This document shows positions 1 to 10,752 of a stretch of 64,000 nt of DNA, in pieces. The notes beneath the pieces are model-generated. The model was not told the origin of the DNA. It made no database searches and worked only from the letters and a program-made list of their open reading frames with translations. How positions within the stretch are numbered: position 1 is the first letter of the stretch; every line of letters starts with the position of its first letter. A program made the translations under genes and the position numbers. This DNA is from an uncultured Thermoplasmata archaeon (GTDB lineage Archaea; Thermoplasmatota; Thermoplasmata; RBG-16-68-12), in the NCBI GenBank assembly GCA_963768855.1, contig CAVYJM010000008.1:8664-72663 (forward strand). Reading direction: 5' to 3'.

Positions 1-1068
1 AAGAAGATCGCCGAGGAGGACCGCGAGGCGCGGGAGCGCCAGGTCGACCTCCGGCGGGCCCAGCGAGAGGTGGCCACCCGGGCCAAGGACCTCGAACGCC
101 GTGAGCGCGGGGTCGCCACCCTCGAGGAGGAGCTCGAGATCCAGCGGTCTCGGATGAAGGACCAGGCCCTCAAGCTCCTGCGCGCCGAGAAGGCCGCCCA
201 GGAGCGCCTGGCCGACCTCGAGACGATCGAGCGGGAGCAGGCGCGGCGCGAGACGGCCGTGACCCGGCGAGAGTCCGCCGCGGAGAAGCGCGAGAAGGGG
301 TCCGAGGCCGACGGCGCCCGGCTCCTCGAACGCGCGGACGCCCTCGAGGTCGCCGAAGAGGATCTGAAGAACCGCTCCGCCGCGGCGCAGGAGGAGGTCC
401 GCGGGCAGCGGGTCGAGCTCGACCGCCGCGAACGTGAGGTCGCCGCGAAGGAGAAGGAGCTGACCTCCGAGGCGGAGACCCTCGAGTCGATGAAGGTCAC
501 GCTGGACGAACAGGAGTCCGCCTTCCTCAGCGACCTCCGGGACATCGAGGTCCGCAAGGCCTCCCTGGAGAAGGCGGAGGCGGACCTCGCGAAGGCCCAG
601 GAGAAGCTCGCGAAGCGCGAGGCCTCGTCCGAATCATCCCAGACCCGCGCGAAGAACCAGGCGGACCGGCGGGCCTCCGCCCTCGAGGAACGCGAAGGAG
701 AGCTCGACGGACGCGAGACGGGCCTCCTGGAGCGGGAGAAGGCTGTGGCCGTGCGGACCGCGGACCTCGACGCTCGCGAGGGCGCGGTCGCCGCGCGGGA
801 AAGCCGGATCGAGACGGACCTGAAGCGGCGGCAAGAGACGCTGGATGCCCGACGCAAGTCCCTCGAGGACCGCGCGACCAAGCTCTCGACCCTCCGCGAT
901 CGCCTCTCCGCGGAGCGCACGACGGTCCAGGAGTCGCGGGCCGAGGTCCGGGCACGGGAGGCGAAGGTCAAGGAGCGCGAGGCACGGCTCGAGAAGGCCG
1001 AGGCCGACCTGGAGCGAAAGAAGCAGGAGCTCGCGCGCATCAAGGCAGGCCTCCGGCGTCTCCGGTAG
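1..1068 (+). CDS. Long charged coiled-coil protein, 5' end outside window
   Basis: Frame 1 is open from base 1 (KKIAEEDREARERQ...) to TAG at 1066-1068. E/R/K/A/L-rich repeats (LxxRExxL) with no globular motif visible. Confidence 0.75.
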   Translation, partial: KKIAEEDREARERQVDLRRAQREVATRAKDLERRERGVATLEEELEIQRSRMKDQALKLLRAEKAAQERLADLETIEREQARRETAVTRRESAAEKREKGSEADGARLLERADALEVAEEDLKNRSAAAQEEVRGQRVELDRREREVAAKEKELTSEAETLESMKVTLDEQESAFLSDLRDIEVRKASLEKAEADLAKAQEKLAKREASSESSQTRAKNQADRRASALEEREGELDGRETGLLEREKAVAVRTADLDAREGAVAARESRIETDLKRRQETLDARRKSLEDRATKLSTLRDRLSAERTTVQESRAEVRAREAKVKEREARLEKAEADLERKKQELARIKAGLRRLR

Positions 1069-1110
1069 GCGCTGGAGGAATCCAGTCCCATCGGATGGGG
1101 AGGGGAGAAC

Positions 1111-1899
1111 GTGCCCGACATCTACACCCTGACGACGGACTTCGGGCCGGGCGAGTATGTCGGCGCGATGAAGGGCGCCCTGCTCTCCATCGACCCCGAC
1201 GCGACGATCGTGGACCTCGACCACGCGATTCGGCCTCAGGACATCCGTCACGGGGCGTACGTGCTCCTCACCGCCGTTCCGCACTTCCCCTTCGCCGTGC
1301 ACATCGGCGTGGTCGACCCCGGGGTCGGCACGACGCGCCGCGCAATCGTCATCGTGGCCGAGGGCGCCCTGTTGGTCGGGCCAGACAACGGCCTCCTTCT
1401 CCCTGCAGCAAGGCGCCTCGGGCTGAAGGAGGTCCGGGAGATCACGAACCGCAGGCTGTTCGCCAAGGAGGTGTCCCCGACCTTCCACGGGCGCGACCTC
1501 TTCGCACCGGTCGCGGCCCACCTCATGACGGGCACGAAGGTCAAGGACGTCGGACCGGCGATCAAGGACTTCGTCGATCTGGATTTCGGGACGCCCCGCG
1601 CGACGCCGAACGGGTTGCAGGGCGTCGTCCTCACGACGGACCGCTTCGGGAACATCATCACGAACCTGCCGCAGGCGACCGCGGCGAAGCGCTGGAAGGT
1701 CGGAGGCAGGGTGCACGTGAGCCTGGGGGGCTACGAGGCGACCCTCCCGCTCGTCTCGACGTACGGGGAGGTGGAGCGGGGGGACTTCCTCGCGACGTTC
1801 TCCTCCGGAGGGTTCCTCGAGATCGCACGCCGCGAGGGGAATGCCGCCTTCCAGCTGCACATCAGCCCGGGCCTCGAGGTCCTCATCCGGGACCCGTGA
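1111..1899 (+). CDS. SAM hydroxide adenosyltransferase / chlorinase-fluorinase family (DUF62)
   Basis: TLTTDFG, VVDPGVGTTRR, GPDNGLL, SPTFHGRDLFAP and DRFGNIITN motifs; GGGAG upstream of the GTG start. Confidence 0.92.
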   Translation: MPDIYTLTTDFGPGEYVGAMKGALLSIDPDATIVDLDHAIRPQDIRHGAYVLLTAVPHFPFAVHIGVVDPGVGTTRRAIVIVAEGALLVGPDNGLLLPAARRLGLKEVREITNRRLFAKEVSPTFHGRDLFAPVAAHLMTGTKVKDVGPAIKDFVDLDFGTPRATPNGLQGVVLTTDRFGNIITNLPQATAAKRWKVGGRVHVSLGGYEATLPLVSTYGEVERGDFLATFSSGGFLEIARREGNAAFQLHISPGLEVLIRDP

Positions 1900-1953
1900 G
1901 CCGAGGCGGAGGCCAAAAGCTATTTTAGGTGCCGCGCTACCCGCGGCACACCC

Positions 1954-3183
1954 ATGGACCGACGGAAGATTCTCCTCATCATCTTCGATGGGCTGGGTGA
2001 CCGGCCCATCACGGAGCTGGGGCACAAGACGCCGCTCGAGGCGACCCCGAAGCCGAACCTGGATTGGTTCGCCGCGAACGGGATGAACGGCCTCCTCGAC
2101 CCGATCGGACCGGGCGTCCGGCCCGGGAGCGACACGAGCCACCTCGCGCTCTTCGGATACGACCCCCATGAGGTCTACACAGGCCGCGGGCCCTTCGAGG
2201 CCGCGGGCGTGGGGATCGAGCTGCAGAAGGGCGACGTGGCCTTCCGCTGCAACTTCGCCTCCGTCGACGAGAACCTCGTCCTGACGGATCGCCGGGCCGG
2301 GCGAATCAAGGAGGGGACGGCCGATCTGGCCGCGTCCCTGAACGGCATGAAGCTCGGGCGCCACCACGCGCTGTTCAAGGAGGGCACGGAGCATCGCGCC
2401 GTCCTCGTCCTCAGAGGAAAGGGCCTATCCGCCGAGGTCACGGACACGGACCCGCACGAGGAAGGCCAGACGATTCCGGAGGCGAGGCCGCTCACGGGGA
2501 AGGCGAAGGGGACCGCCAAGCTCCTGAACACGTTCACGCGCAATGCGTACAAGATCCTGAAGGACCACCCCGTGAACCAGGAGCGCGTGAAGAACGGCCT
2601 CCCACCTGCGAACATGATCGTGTGCCGCGGCGGCGGCATCGCGCCGGACATCCAGCCTGTGACGGAGAAGTACGGGCTCAAGGCCGCCGGCATCGCCGGC
2701 GTCGCCCTGATCAAAGGGATGTTCCGCACGACGGGGATGGACGTCCTCGAGGTGAAGGGCGCGACGGGAGGGCTCGACACGGACATGGTCGCGAAGGCCG
2801 AGGCGGCCCTCATGGCCCTGACGACGTACGACCTCGTCGTGGTCAACGTGAAGGCGGCCGATCTGTGCGGCCACGACGGCAAGGCCTCCGAGAAGATCAA
2901 GGTCATCGAGCGCATGGATCAGATGATGGGGCACCTGAGGGCGCACCTGCCGCCCGATGTCATCGTGGCGGTCACGGCGGACCACTCGACCCCGTGCTCG
3001 ATCAAGGACCACTCCGGCGATCCGGTCCCAGTGACGATCTTCGGGGAAGGGATCCGCGTCGACGAGGTCCCCCACTTCGACGAGCGCAGCGTCGCGAAGG
3101 GCTCCCTCGGTCGGATCGAGGGCAAGGACCTGATGCCCATCCTGCTGGACCAGGCGAACCGCACGGAGAAGTACGGAGCCTGA
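1954..3183 (+). CDS. apgM: Archaeal 2,3-bisphosphoglycerate-independent phosphoglycerate mutase
   Basis: IIFDGLGDRP, TPLEA, PGSDTSHL, YTGRGPFEAAG, DLCGHDG and TADHSTP...HSGDPVP metal-binding motifs. Confidence 0.95.
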   Translation: MDRRKILLIIFDGLGDRPITELGHKTPLEATPKPNLDWFAANGMNGLLDPIGPGVRPGSDTSHLALFGYDPHEVYTGRGPFEAAGVGIELQKGDVAFRCNFASVDENLVLTDRRAGRIKEGTADLAASLNGMKLGRHHALFKEGTEHRAVLVLRGKGLSAEVTDTDPHEEGQTIPEARPLTGKAKGTAKLLNTFTRNAYKILKDHPVNQERVKNGLPPANMIVCRGGGIAPDIQPVTEKYGLKAAGIAGVALIKGMFRTTGMDVLEVKGATGGLDTDMVAKAEAALMALTTYDLVVVNVKAADLCGHDGKASEKIKVIERMDQMMGHLRAHLPPDVIVAVTADHSTPCSIKDHSGDPVPVTIFGEGIRVDEVPHFDERSVAKGSLGRIEGKDLMPILLDQANRTEKYGA

Positions 3184-3256
3184 GGCCGCGCGCCCCGTGG
3201 AAAGCCTATATACCTTGAGGAGCTTGCCGCGGGCTAATCGGACTCGGGTGGGTTGC

Positions 3257-5398
3257 ATGCCACAAATGGACCTGAGCTACGTCATCCTGATTGCGATCCT
3301 GGCCGGCCTGGGCTCCGCGGGGCTCCTGACGCGGGACGTCCTCCGCCGGGACCAGGGCAGCGAGAAGATGCAGGAGATCGCGGCGGCGATCCGGCAAGGC
3401 GCCCGGGCGTTCCTGCGCCGGCAGTATCGGACGATCGCGATGATCGCGGCAATCCTGGCCGTCGTCTTCGCCCTCGCGCTGGGCTACCGCCAGGGACTCG
3501 AGTACGGTCTGCGCACGGCCCTCGCTTTCGCCCTGGGCGCCACGTTCTCGGCCCTCTCCGGGTTCATCGGGATGCAGATTTCGATTCGATCGAACGTCCG
3601 CTCCGCCGCAGGCTCGTTGAAGTCCTTCAACGACGCGCTCGTCACGGCCCTCCGGGGCGGGGCGGTGTCCGGGCTCTCTATCGTGAGCATGTCCCTCGCG
3701 GGGATCGCGATCCTCTTCTACGGCTACGGCGGCGGGTCCGCCACAACCCAGGGTGGCGTGGACCTCGTCATCCTCGAACTTGTAGGCTTCGGATTCGGCG
3801 CGAGTCTCGTGGCCCTCTTCGCTCAACTGGGCGGCGGAATCTACACGAAAGCTGCCGACGTCGGGGCCGACCTCGTGGGGAAGGTCGAGGCGGGCATCCC
3901 GGAGGACGACCCCCGCAACCCCGCGGTCATCGCCGACCTGGTCGGCGACAACGTCGGCGACTGCGCAGGTCGTGGCGCCGACCTCTTCGAATCGACTGCG
4001 GCGGAGAACATTGGGGCCATGGTCCTGGGCGTCGTCCTGTTCCCATACTTCGGATTCGCAGGCGTCCTCTTCCCGCTGGTGGCCCGCGGCTTCGGAATCC
4101 TCGCGAGCATCGTCGGCATCTTCATCGTGCATGCCGGGGAGGATGAGGCGCCGATGAGCGCTCTGAACCGCGGGTACCTGGTGACCACGGTCATCGCGGC
4201 CGCCCTCTTCGGCTTCGCCGCGTGGGCCATGCTCGAACCCAACAGCGTGGCGGGCTCACCGGCGGCCAACCCGAACACCTGGATCTTCTACTGGCTCTGC
4301 GGCATCGCCGGGATGATCACGGCCTTCCTGTACGTCTGGATCACCCAGTACTACACGGAATCCCGCTTCCGGAACGTGCAGAGCATCGCAAAGGCCTCGG
4401 AGACGGGTCCCGCGACGAACATCATTGCAGGGTTCGCCACGGGCCTCGAGGCGACCGCGCTCCCCGCGGTGACCGTGGCGATCGCCCTCCTGGTGTCCTA
4501 CTGGCTCGGTTCCATCACGAACATCCCGAACGGTGGAATCTACGGGACGGCGATCGCGACGATGGGCATGCTCTCGACCGCTGCGTACATCCTCGCGATG
4601 GATACGTTCGGACCCATCGTAGACAACGGAGCAGGGATCGCCGAGATGTCCGGCGTCTCAGAGTCCGTGCGGAAGAACATGGACAAGCTCGATGCCGCAG
4701 GCAACACGACCAAGGCCCTCACGAAAGGGTACGCCGTCGGCAGTGCCGCGCTCGCGGCTTTCCTCCTGTTCAACGCTTTCCTCACGGAGGCCAAGGTGAC
4801 TTCGGTGGACCTCGCGCACCCGGAGACGTTCGTCGGTGCACTCATGGGCGCGACGCTCGTGTTCCTCTTCAGCGCGTTCGCGATCCGCGCGGTCGGACGG
4901 GCCGCGTGGACGATCATCAAGGATGTCCGCGAGCAGTTCAAAGAGCACCCGGGGATCATGGCGGGGACCGAGAAGCCTGACTACGGCCGGACCGTGGACA
5001 TCTGCACTCGCGGGGCCCTGCGGGAGATGGTGGTCCCGGGGCTCCTCGCCGTCATCACGCCGGTGGCGATCGGGGTCATCTTCAAGTTCGTCCACATCAC
5101 CTACATCAACGGCCAGCCCCTCCCCGCCGGCGAGCCCGTCGGCGGGACGCTGATGGTGGGGACGATCGCGGGAATCCTCATGGCCCTCGTCCTGAACACG
5201 GGCGGCGGTGCATGGGACAACGCCAAGAAGTACATCGAGGCAGGAAACCTCGGGGGCAAGGGGAGCGCGACGCACAAGGCGGCCGTCGTCGGGGACACCG
5301 TCGGCGACCCATTCAAGGACACGGCGGGGCCGTCCCTGCATGTCCTCGTCAAGTTGCTCTCGACGATTACACTGGTCATGGCGCCGCTGCTCCTGTGA
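3257..5398 (+). CDS. hppA: Membrane-bound proton-translocating pyrophosphatase, K+-independent type
   Basis: GGGIYTKAADVGADLVGKVEAGIPEDDPRNPAVIADLVGDNVGD signature. GNTTKALTKG has Lys at the K+-dependence determinant. Many TM helices. The ORF track starts at 3197; ATG 3257 was chosen because it lies downstream of a TATA-like element at about 3200-3214. Confidence 0.95.
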   Translation: MPQMDLSYVILIAILAGLGSAGLLTRDVLRRDQGSEKMQEIAAAIRQGARAFLRRQYRTIAMIAAILAVVFALALGYRQGLEYGLRTALAFALGATFSALSGFIGMQISIRSNVRSAAGSLKSFNDALVTALRGGAVSGLSIVSMSLAGIAILFYGYGGGSATTQGGVDLVILELVGFGFGASLVALFAQLGGGIYTKAADVGADLVGKVEAGIPEDDPRNPAVIADLVGDNVGDCAGRGADLFESTAAENIGAMVLGVVLFPYFGFAGVLFPLVARGFGILASIVGIFIVHAGEDEAPMSALNRGYLVTTVIAAALFGFAAWAMLEPNSVAGSPAANPNTWIFYWLCGIAGMITAFLYVWITQYYTESRFRNVQSIAKASETGPATNIIAGFATGLEATALPAVTVAIALLVSYWLGSITNIPNGGIYGTAIATMGMLSTAAYILAMDTFGPIVDNGAGIAEMSGVSESVRKNMDKLDAAGNTTKALTKGYAVGSAALAAFLLFNAFLTEAKVTSVDLAHPETFVGALMGATLVFLFSAFAIRAVGRAAWTIIKDVREQFKEHPGIMAGTEKPDYGRTVDICTRGALREMVVPGLLAVITPVAIGVIFKFVHITYINGQPLPAGEPVGGTLMVGTIAGILMALVLNTGGGAWDNAKKYIEAGNLGGKGSATHKAAVVGDTVGDPFKDTAGPSLHVLVKLLSTITLVMAPLLL

Positions 5399-5551
5399 CA
5401 CCTACGACCTTCGTCGGATAGCGACCGCTTTCGTTCAGTCGAATACCGTCGCCAACGGTAATAAGCATCCGTGAAATGCAGCCCGCGGAGGAGGACTATT
5501 GTAGGCGTCACAGAGTCCTGAGAGCAGTGCGCCCGGTGCGGTGCAAGCTGG

Positions 5552-7434
5552 GTGGGGAAGGGACCCACGCACGGTGCGACTCCTGGCGTCGTGGTCATCG
5601 TGATCGTGGCGATCTCGGGGGTGGCGACGTACTACGTGCTCACGGCCCCCTCCGCGTGCAACTTCCAGTCCACGAATCCGCTCGTCTTCGATCAGCCGGA
5701 ACGGCCGGATACGCTCGATCCCCATGTGACGTTCTCGACCCCGGGCTGGGGGATCGTTCAGCAGGTGTACCAGAGCATGGTGAACTACAACGGGACGGGG
5801 TACACGGAGTTCCTGCCGGTCCTGGCCGAGCAGCTGGAGCGTCTTCCGCGGACGGGTTCAACTGGATGTTCGTCCTCCGGCAGGACGTCCAGTTCTCCAA
5901 CGGCGACGCGTTCAACGCCTACGTGATGTGGTTCAGCCTCTACCGCGCCCTCGTGATGAACCAGGTGGTAGCTTCATCCTTCAGGAGAACTTCTGGTACC
6001 CTGGCCTGAACTACTACTCGGACTCGGACCTCAGCCAGCGACTCGATCCTGTGGATTGACAACGCCCTGAACACGTTCAACTTCGCGAGCCCGACCTCGG
6101 CGCGGCTTGCCGTCATGGAGGCGACGAACCAGTCGTTCCAGGTGATCGACCAATACACGATCCAGCTCAACCTGGGGGCCGGATACCTGGGCGTCGTTCC
6201 CTACCCGTACCTGCTCGCGTCGATCGCAGGTCCCATCGCAAGCGCGGTCGACCCGGCCGTGGTGCAGGCGAACGGCCTCGTGCCCATCAGCGACGTCAAC
6301 ACGTACATGGTCACCCACATGGTGGGAACGGGCCCCTACGTCCTGACGGGCGGCTTCCTGGACCTAGGGAGCGCCACGAAGTACACCCTCAACCCGAACC
6401 CGAGCTACTGGGCGACCAACGACTCGAAGGCGGAGCCGTGGAACAACATCATCCAGCCCGCCAAGTCGTCGATCGAGGTCGACTTCCAGGGTGACCCGGC
6501 CATCGCGGTCAACGACATGAAGACCGGGCGTGTGATTAGCTCGTCCTTCGCGTACATCGGTCCGTCGACGGTCAACAGCCTGAAAGGTGTCGCGTGCATC
6601 AACGTGAACGCCCTCGACGACGTGTACGGCTCAACTGCGGGCGGGTGGTGGATCTACATGAACCAGAACACCGAGCCGTTCAACAACCTCTCCGTCCGCA
6701 AGGCCGTCGTGCATGCGATCAACTACGACCGCATCATCCAAGTCGCGTTCGGCGGCTACGGGAAGCGGTGGGTCGGCCCGGTCCCGCTCGGATACCCGGA
6801 CTCCAACCCGGACAACCTCACGCCGTACCAATACGACGTGGTCCAAGCGCGTCAGTACATGAACGAATCGCCCTGGCCGAACGGCTTCCCTAACCAGATC
6901 AACTACGAGTACGTGAACTTGGGCGACTGGGCGACGGTGGCCTCCCTGCTGAAGGATGACCTGGCACAGATCGGACTGAACATCAACCCCGTGGCCATCC
7001 CGAACATCGACGCGCTCTACGGGCTGCAGGGGACCGACTCGAACGGGAACTGCATCGCCCAGACAAGCGCGAACGGCGGACCCTTCCCGATCGGGCAGGA
7101 GTTCTACACGTCGGACTACATCTCCCCGGATGACTGGACGCAGAACAATGCGATCAGCTACGGCAGCGCGAACGTGTGCATGGGGGCCTACAACGACCCG
7201 AACGTGGACAACCTGGTCATCGACGCCGCGACGAACACGAGCGCAGCTGGGCGGACCGAGGACTACCGCCAGATCGCCCGGATCATGTACGACAACTACA
7301 CGGACGCCTGGCTTGTGATCCCGACCCAGTTCCAGGTCGTGAACTCGCATCTCCAGGGATTCGTGGCGAACCCGATGGGAGCGGCCCTGCCGTTCGTCGT
7401 CGTGCAGAACACCGAGTACGCGACCCGCGCCTGA
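5552..7434 (+). CDS. Peptide/nickel-family (SBP family 5) ABC substrate-binding protein with N-terminal TM anchor, interrupted by about four single-base frameshifts at 5830-6040
   Basis: PDTLDP...QVYQSMVNY...PVLAE|SWSV|SADGFNWMFVLRQDVQFSNGDAFNAYVMWFSLYR, then VGTGPY and PFNNLSVRKAVVHAINYD. The pieces lie in different frames and join after indel correction. Confidence 0.85.
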
Positions 7435-7442
7435 ACACGGAT

Positions 7443-7481
7443 GAGCCGGCGCGTGCGCCGGCTCCCTTTCCCTTTTCATTT
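7443..7481. terminator. Perfect 10-bp inverted repeat plus pyrimidine tract between convergent genes
   Basis: GAGCCGGCGC-GT-GCGCCGGCTC (7443-7464) followed by CCTTTCCCTTTTCATTT. Lies between the stops at 7434 (+) and 7498 (-). Confidence 0.7.
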
Positions 7482-7497
7482 CTCAACGAGACGAGCC

Positions 7498-8559
7498 CTA
7501 GGCTGCCGGGGCCGATTCGACGCCGGAGTCATTCACGGTCGCGATGAGCTGAGCGGGGGGCACGTCCCCGATCGCCTCGGCCCGGTGGCATGCGACCAAG
7601 CGCCCGGGATACTGCGCGACCTCCCGCAAGGGAGGCGACTCCTTTCGACAGATGTCCTCCGCGAACGGGCAACGGGCGGCGAAGCGGCAGCCCGGCGGCG
7701 GATGGACAAGGGTGGGGATCTCCCCGGAGATCCGGTACCGCGCCCGCCGACGCCGTGGGTCGGGCTGCGGGAGCGCCGCAAGCAAGGCCTTCGTGTATGG
7801 ATGCACGGGATGCTCCAGGACGTCCCGCACCGGACCCACCTCGGCGATCAGGCCCAGGTACATGACCGCCACGCGGTCCGCGACGTAGCGGACCGCGGAG
7901 ACGTTGTGGGTGATCAACAGGTAGGAGAGGCCAAGCTCCTCCTGGAGGCTCACGAGGCGGTTGAGGACCTGCGCCTGGACCGCCACGTCGAGGGCGCTCG
8001 TGGGCTCGTCCAGGACGATGAGCTTCGGTCGGACGCTCAAGGCCCGTGCGAGGGACAGGCGCTGCCGGCCGCCGCCGGAAAACTCGTGCGGATACTGGTC
8101 CAAGGAGCCGGCTGGAAGCCCGACCAGGGGGAGCAGCTCCGAGACCTTGTCGCGCAATTCGGCCTTCGTGAGATGGCCCTGGGCCTGGAGCGGCTCGCCG
8201 ACGATCTGCCATACGCGGAGGCGCGGGTCCAAGGAGCCGACAGGGTCCTGGAAGACGACTTGGATGTTTCGCCGCCATGCGAGCAGCTCGCTGCGGGACA
8301 GATGCGTGATGTCTCGACCGTTGAACAGGATCTCCCCGGACGTGACCGTGTGCAGTTTCGCAACCAACCAGCCCAGCGTGGTCTTCCCCGATCCGGATTC
8401 GCCGATGAGGCCGAGCGTTTCGCCCTGGGCCACGCCAAGGGAGACCCCATCAACGGCGTGAACGACCTCCCCCGGCCTGCGACGGATGGAGTCCATCAGC
8501 GACTTGGGCAGGGGGAAGTGCTTCGTCAGGTTCCTCATCTCGATGAGGGGCGGCGTCAT
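7498..8559 (-). CDS. Oligopeptide/dipeptide ABC ATP-binding subunit (OppF/DppF-like)
   Basis: GESGSGKT, FQDP, FSGGGRQR, IVLDEPTSALD, C-terminal GCRFAARC...C...AC motif. Confidence 0.93.
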   Translation of the reverse strand: MTPPLIEMRNLTKHFPLPKSLMDSIRRRPGEVVHAVDGVSLGVAQGETLGLIGESGSGKTTLGWLVAKLHTVTSGEILFNGRDITHLSRSELLAWRRNIQVVFQDPVGSLDPRLRVWQIVGEPLQAQGHLTKAELRDKVSELLPLVGLPAGSLDQYPHEFSGGGRQRLSLARALSVRPKLIVLDEPTSALDVAVQAQVLNRLVSLQEELGLSYLLITHNVSAVRYVADRVAVMYLGLIAEVGPVRDVLEHPVHPYTKALLAALPQPDPRRRRARYRISGEIPTLVHPPPGCRFAARCPFAEDICRKESPPLREVAQYPGRLVACHRAEAIGDVPPAQLIATVNDSGVESAPAA

Positions 8560-9689
8560 GCGAGGGTCGGCACCTCCTCACTGAAGAAGCATGCGCTGCG
8601 GTGGTCGGGGCTCGCGCTCCCCTTGGCCGTCGCGAGCGGCGGTCCCGGCTCCTCGGAGCAGACCGGCCGGGCCATGGGGCAACGAGGGTGGAAGGCACAC
8701 CCCGACGGGACTCGCGCCAGGCTGGGCACGCTCCCGGGAAGGGACGGCAGCCGCCCCTCCGTCTTGTAGCGGTTGGGGATCGCTCGCATGAGCATCTTCG
8801 TGTACGGGTGCCTCGGGTTGTTGTAGACCTCCGCGACAGGGCCGTACTCGACGACGTGGCCTGCGTACATCACGCCGACGTCGTCCGCCATCTCCGCGAT
8901 CACGCCGAGGTCGTGGCTGATGAACAGGATCGAGGTCTGGACCTCGGTCGATGAGCTCCTTCATGAGCGTGAGGACCTGCGCCTGAATCGTGATGTCAAG
9001 GGCGCTTGTCGGCTCGTCGGCGATGAGGAGGGACGGCCTTTCGAGCTTAGGGCCATGGCAATCATGATGCGCTGCCGCATGCCGCCGGACAACTCATGGG
9101 GATACAGCTCGAGGATCGTCTCGGGATCGTTGATGCGCACGAGCCGGAGGTACTCGAGGACGTCGCTCCGGAGACTCGGCCGGCCCGACTGGTCTGAGCT
9201 TCGGAAGTCCGTGGCCAGGGGATGAGGACGGCTTCGGAGGTGTCGACCGGCTTTGCGCGTCGAGTAGTCGAAGCCTTTCGTGGCCGGGAAGAGGACCTCC
9301 GACTTGCCCGCCTCTCGCAACTTTCGGACCTGGACGGCTTCCGCGACCTGGTCGAGGATCCGGAACGCGGGGTTCAGGGAGTTGATCGGCTCTTGGAAGA
9401 TCATGCCGATCCCGGTCCCCCGGACCAGGGGAAGCTTCCACTTCGGGAGGGCGAGGATGTCGATGCCGCGGAAGACGATCCGGCCGGAGACGATCTTCGC
9501 GGGCGGCTCCGGGAGGAGGCGCGGGATCGCGTGCCCGAGCGTGCTCTTGCCGGAACCGGTCTCCCCGACGATGCCGACGACGCGGCCGGGGGTGAGCGTG
9601 AGGGAGACGTCTTTCACTGCGTGGAAGGTGCCGGCACCCACCTCGAAGTCGACGCTGAGGTCCTCCACCTCCAAGAGCGGCTCGACCAC
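8556..9689 (-). CDS. Oligopeptide/dipeptide ABC ATP-binding subunit (OppD/DppD-like), frameshifted near 9040 and 8945
   Basis: GETGSGKS, FQEP and LSGGMRQR in one frame; [20 protein letters not shown] in a second; SILFISHDLGVIAEMAD...GCAFHPRC in a third. GTG at 9689 follows the oppC-like stop. Confidence 0.85.
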
Positions 9690-9693
9690 GGCC

Positions 9694-10752
9694 TCACCCT
9701 CCGGGGGGCCGCGCGGATCCCGACGCCGCGGCAGCCTGGGCCAGGGCACGGCGGCTCCGGGGATCCAAGATGTCGCGGAGGCCGTCGCCCAGCAGGCTGA
9801 AGGCCAGGACGGTCACGAAGATCGCGAGTCCTGGGAACACGACCATCCATGGGTAGAGGAGCAAGTAGTCCCCGTAGGCGGAGATCATGTTGCCCCACTC
9901 CGGGACATCAGGCGGCACGCCGATCCCGATGTAGGAAATCGTAGAGAAGACCACCAAGACGGTCCCCACGTCCATCGTGAAGTAGACCACCAGAGGCTCG
10001 AGGATGTTCCGGAAGATGTGGCGGAATAGAATCCGCACCTCCGACACACCCGCGGCCCGCGCCGCCACGACGTAGGGCTGATGCTTGACCGCAAGGACCT
10101 CGCCGCGCGTGAGGCGGATGTAGTACGGCCACCACGTGAGGAGGATGGCCAGGATGCACGGAACGGTCCCACGACCCAGGGTCGCTGCAATCGCGAGGGC
10201 GAGGACCAGGGGGGGGAAGGCGAGGAACACATCGGTCACTCGCATGATGACCATCGAGATCGCGGCCCCGATCGTCCCGGGCCGGTCCCAGAAACCCGCG
10301 ACGAGTCCGAGTCCCCCGCCGACGAGGAGGGAGAAGCCCGCGATGAGGAAGCCGATGGCGAGGTCAAGCGGAAGCGCCGCGAGAACCCGGGAGAACACGT
10401 CTCTCCCTGCGCGGTCCGTCCCGAACCAGTGATCCGCGGACGGAGCCTGCGCGCAGAAGGTCCTGTTGCCCACGACCGGGCAAGGGAGGAGATCGTTGGG
10501 GGCGTAGGGCGTCATCATCACGGGATGGCCGAGGGCTTGGCTGATCGGGGGCACCGTCGCAACGAGGAGGGCCGTGAGCGAGATGAAGATGACAAGGATG
10601 AATCCGACCAGGGTCAGCGGGTTCGCCCGCATGACCTTGTAGAAGTTGCGGCTGCCCGCGCGCAGCCAGCTTCCGAGCTGCCTCGCTTGGTTGAGGTACG
10701 AGGCGGCCGCGAGGGCCTGACTCGGCGGCTTCTCCGTCTCGGTCAACGCCAC
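9694..10752 (-). CDS. Peptide ABC permease (OppC/DppC-like)
   Basis: HWFGTDRAGRDVFSRV and EAA-loop YVVAARAAGVS, PEWG, GDGLRDILDP. Start placed at the GTG overlapping the upstream stop. Confidence 0.9.
   Translation of the reverse strand: MALTETEKPPSQALAAASYLNQARQLGSWLRAGSRNFYKVMRANPLTLVGFILVIFISLTALLVATVPPISQALGHPVMMTPYAPNDLLPCPVVGNRTFCAQAPSADHWFGTDRAGRDVFSRVLAALPLDLAIGFLIAGFSLLVGGGLGLVAGFWDRPGTIGAAISMVIMRVTDVFLAFPPLVLALAIAATLGRGTVPCILAILLTWWPYYIRLTRGEVLAVKHQPYVVAARAAGVSEVRILFRHIFRNILEPLVVYFTMDVGTVLVVFSTISYIGIGVPPDVPEWGNMISAYGDYLLLYPWMVVFPGLAIFVTVLAFSLLGDGLRDILDPRSRRALAQAAAASGSARPPGG

Noticed and set aside
7441-7470. Group II intron domain V, suggested by the GAGCCG start of the hairpins
   Set aside because: Simple short stems lacking the ~34-nt DV architecture, and no RT/maturase nearby.
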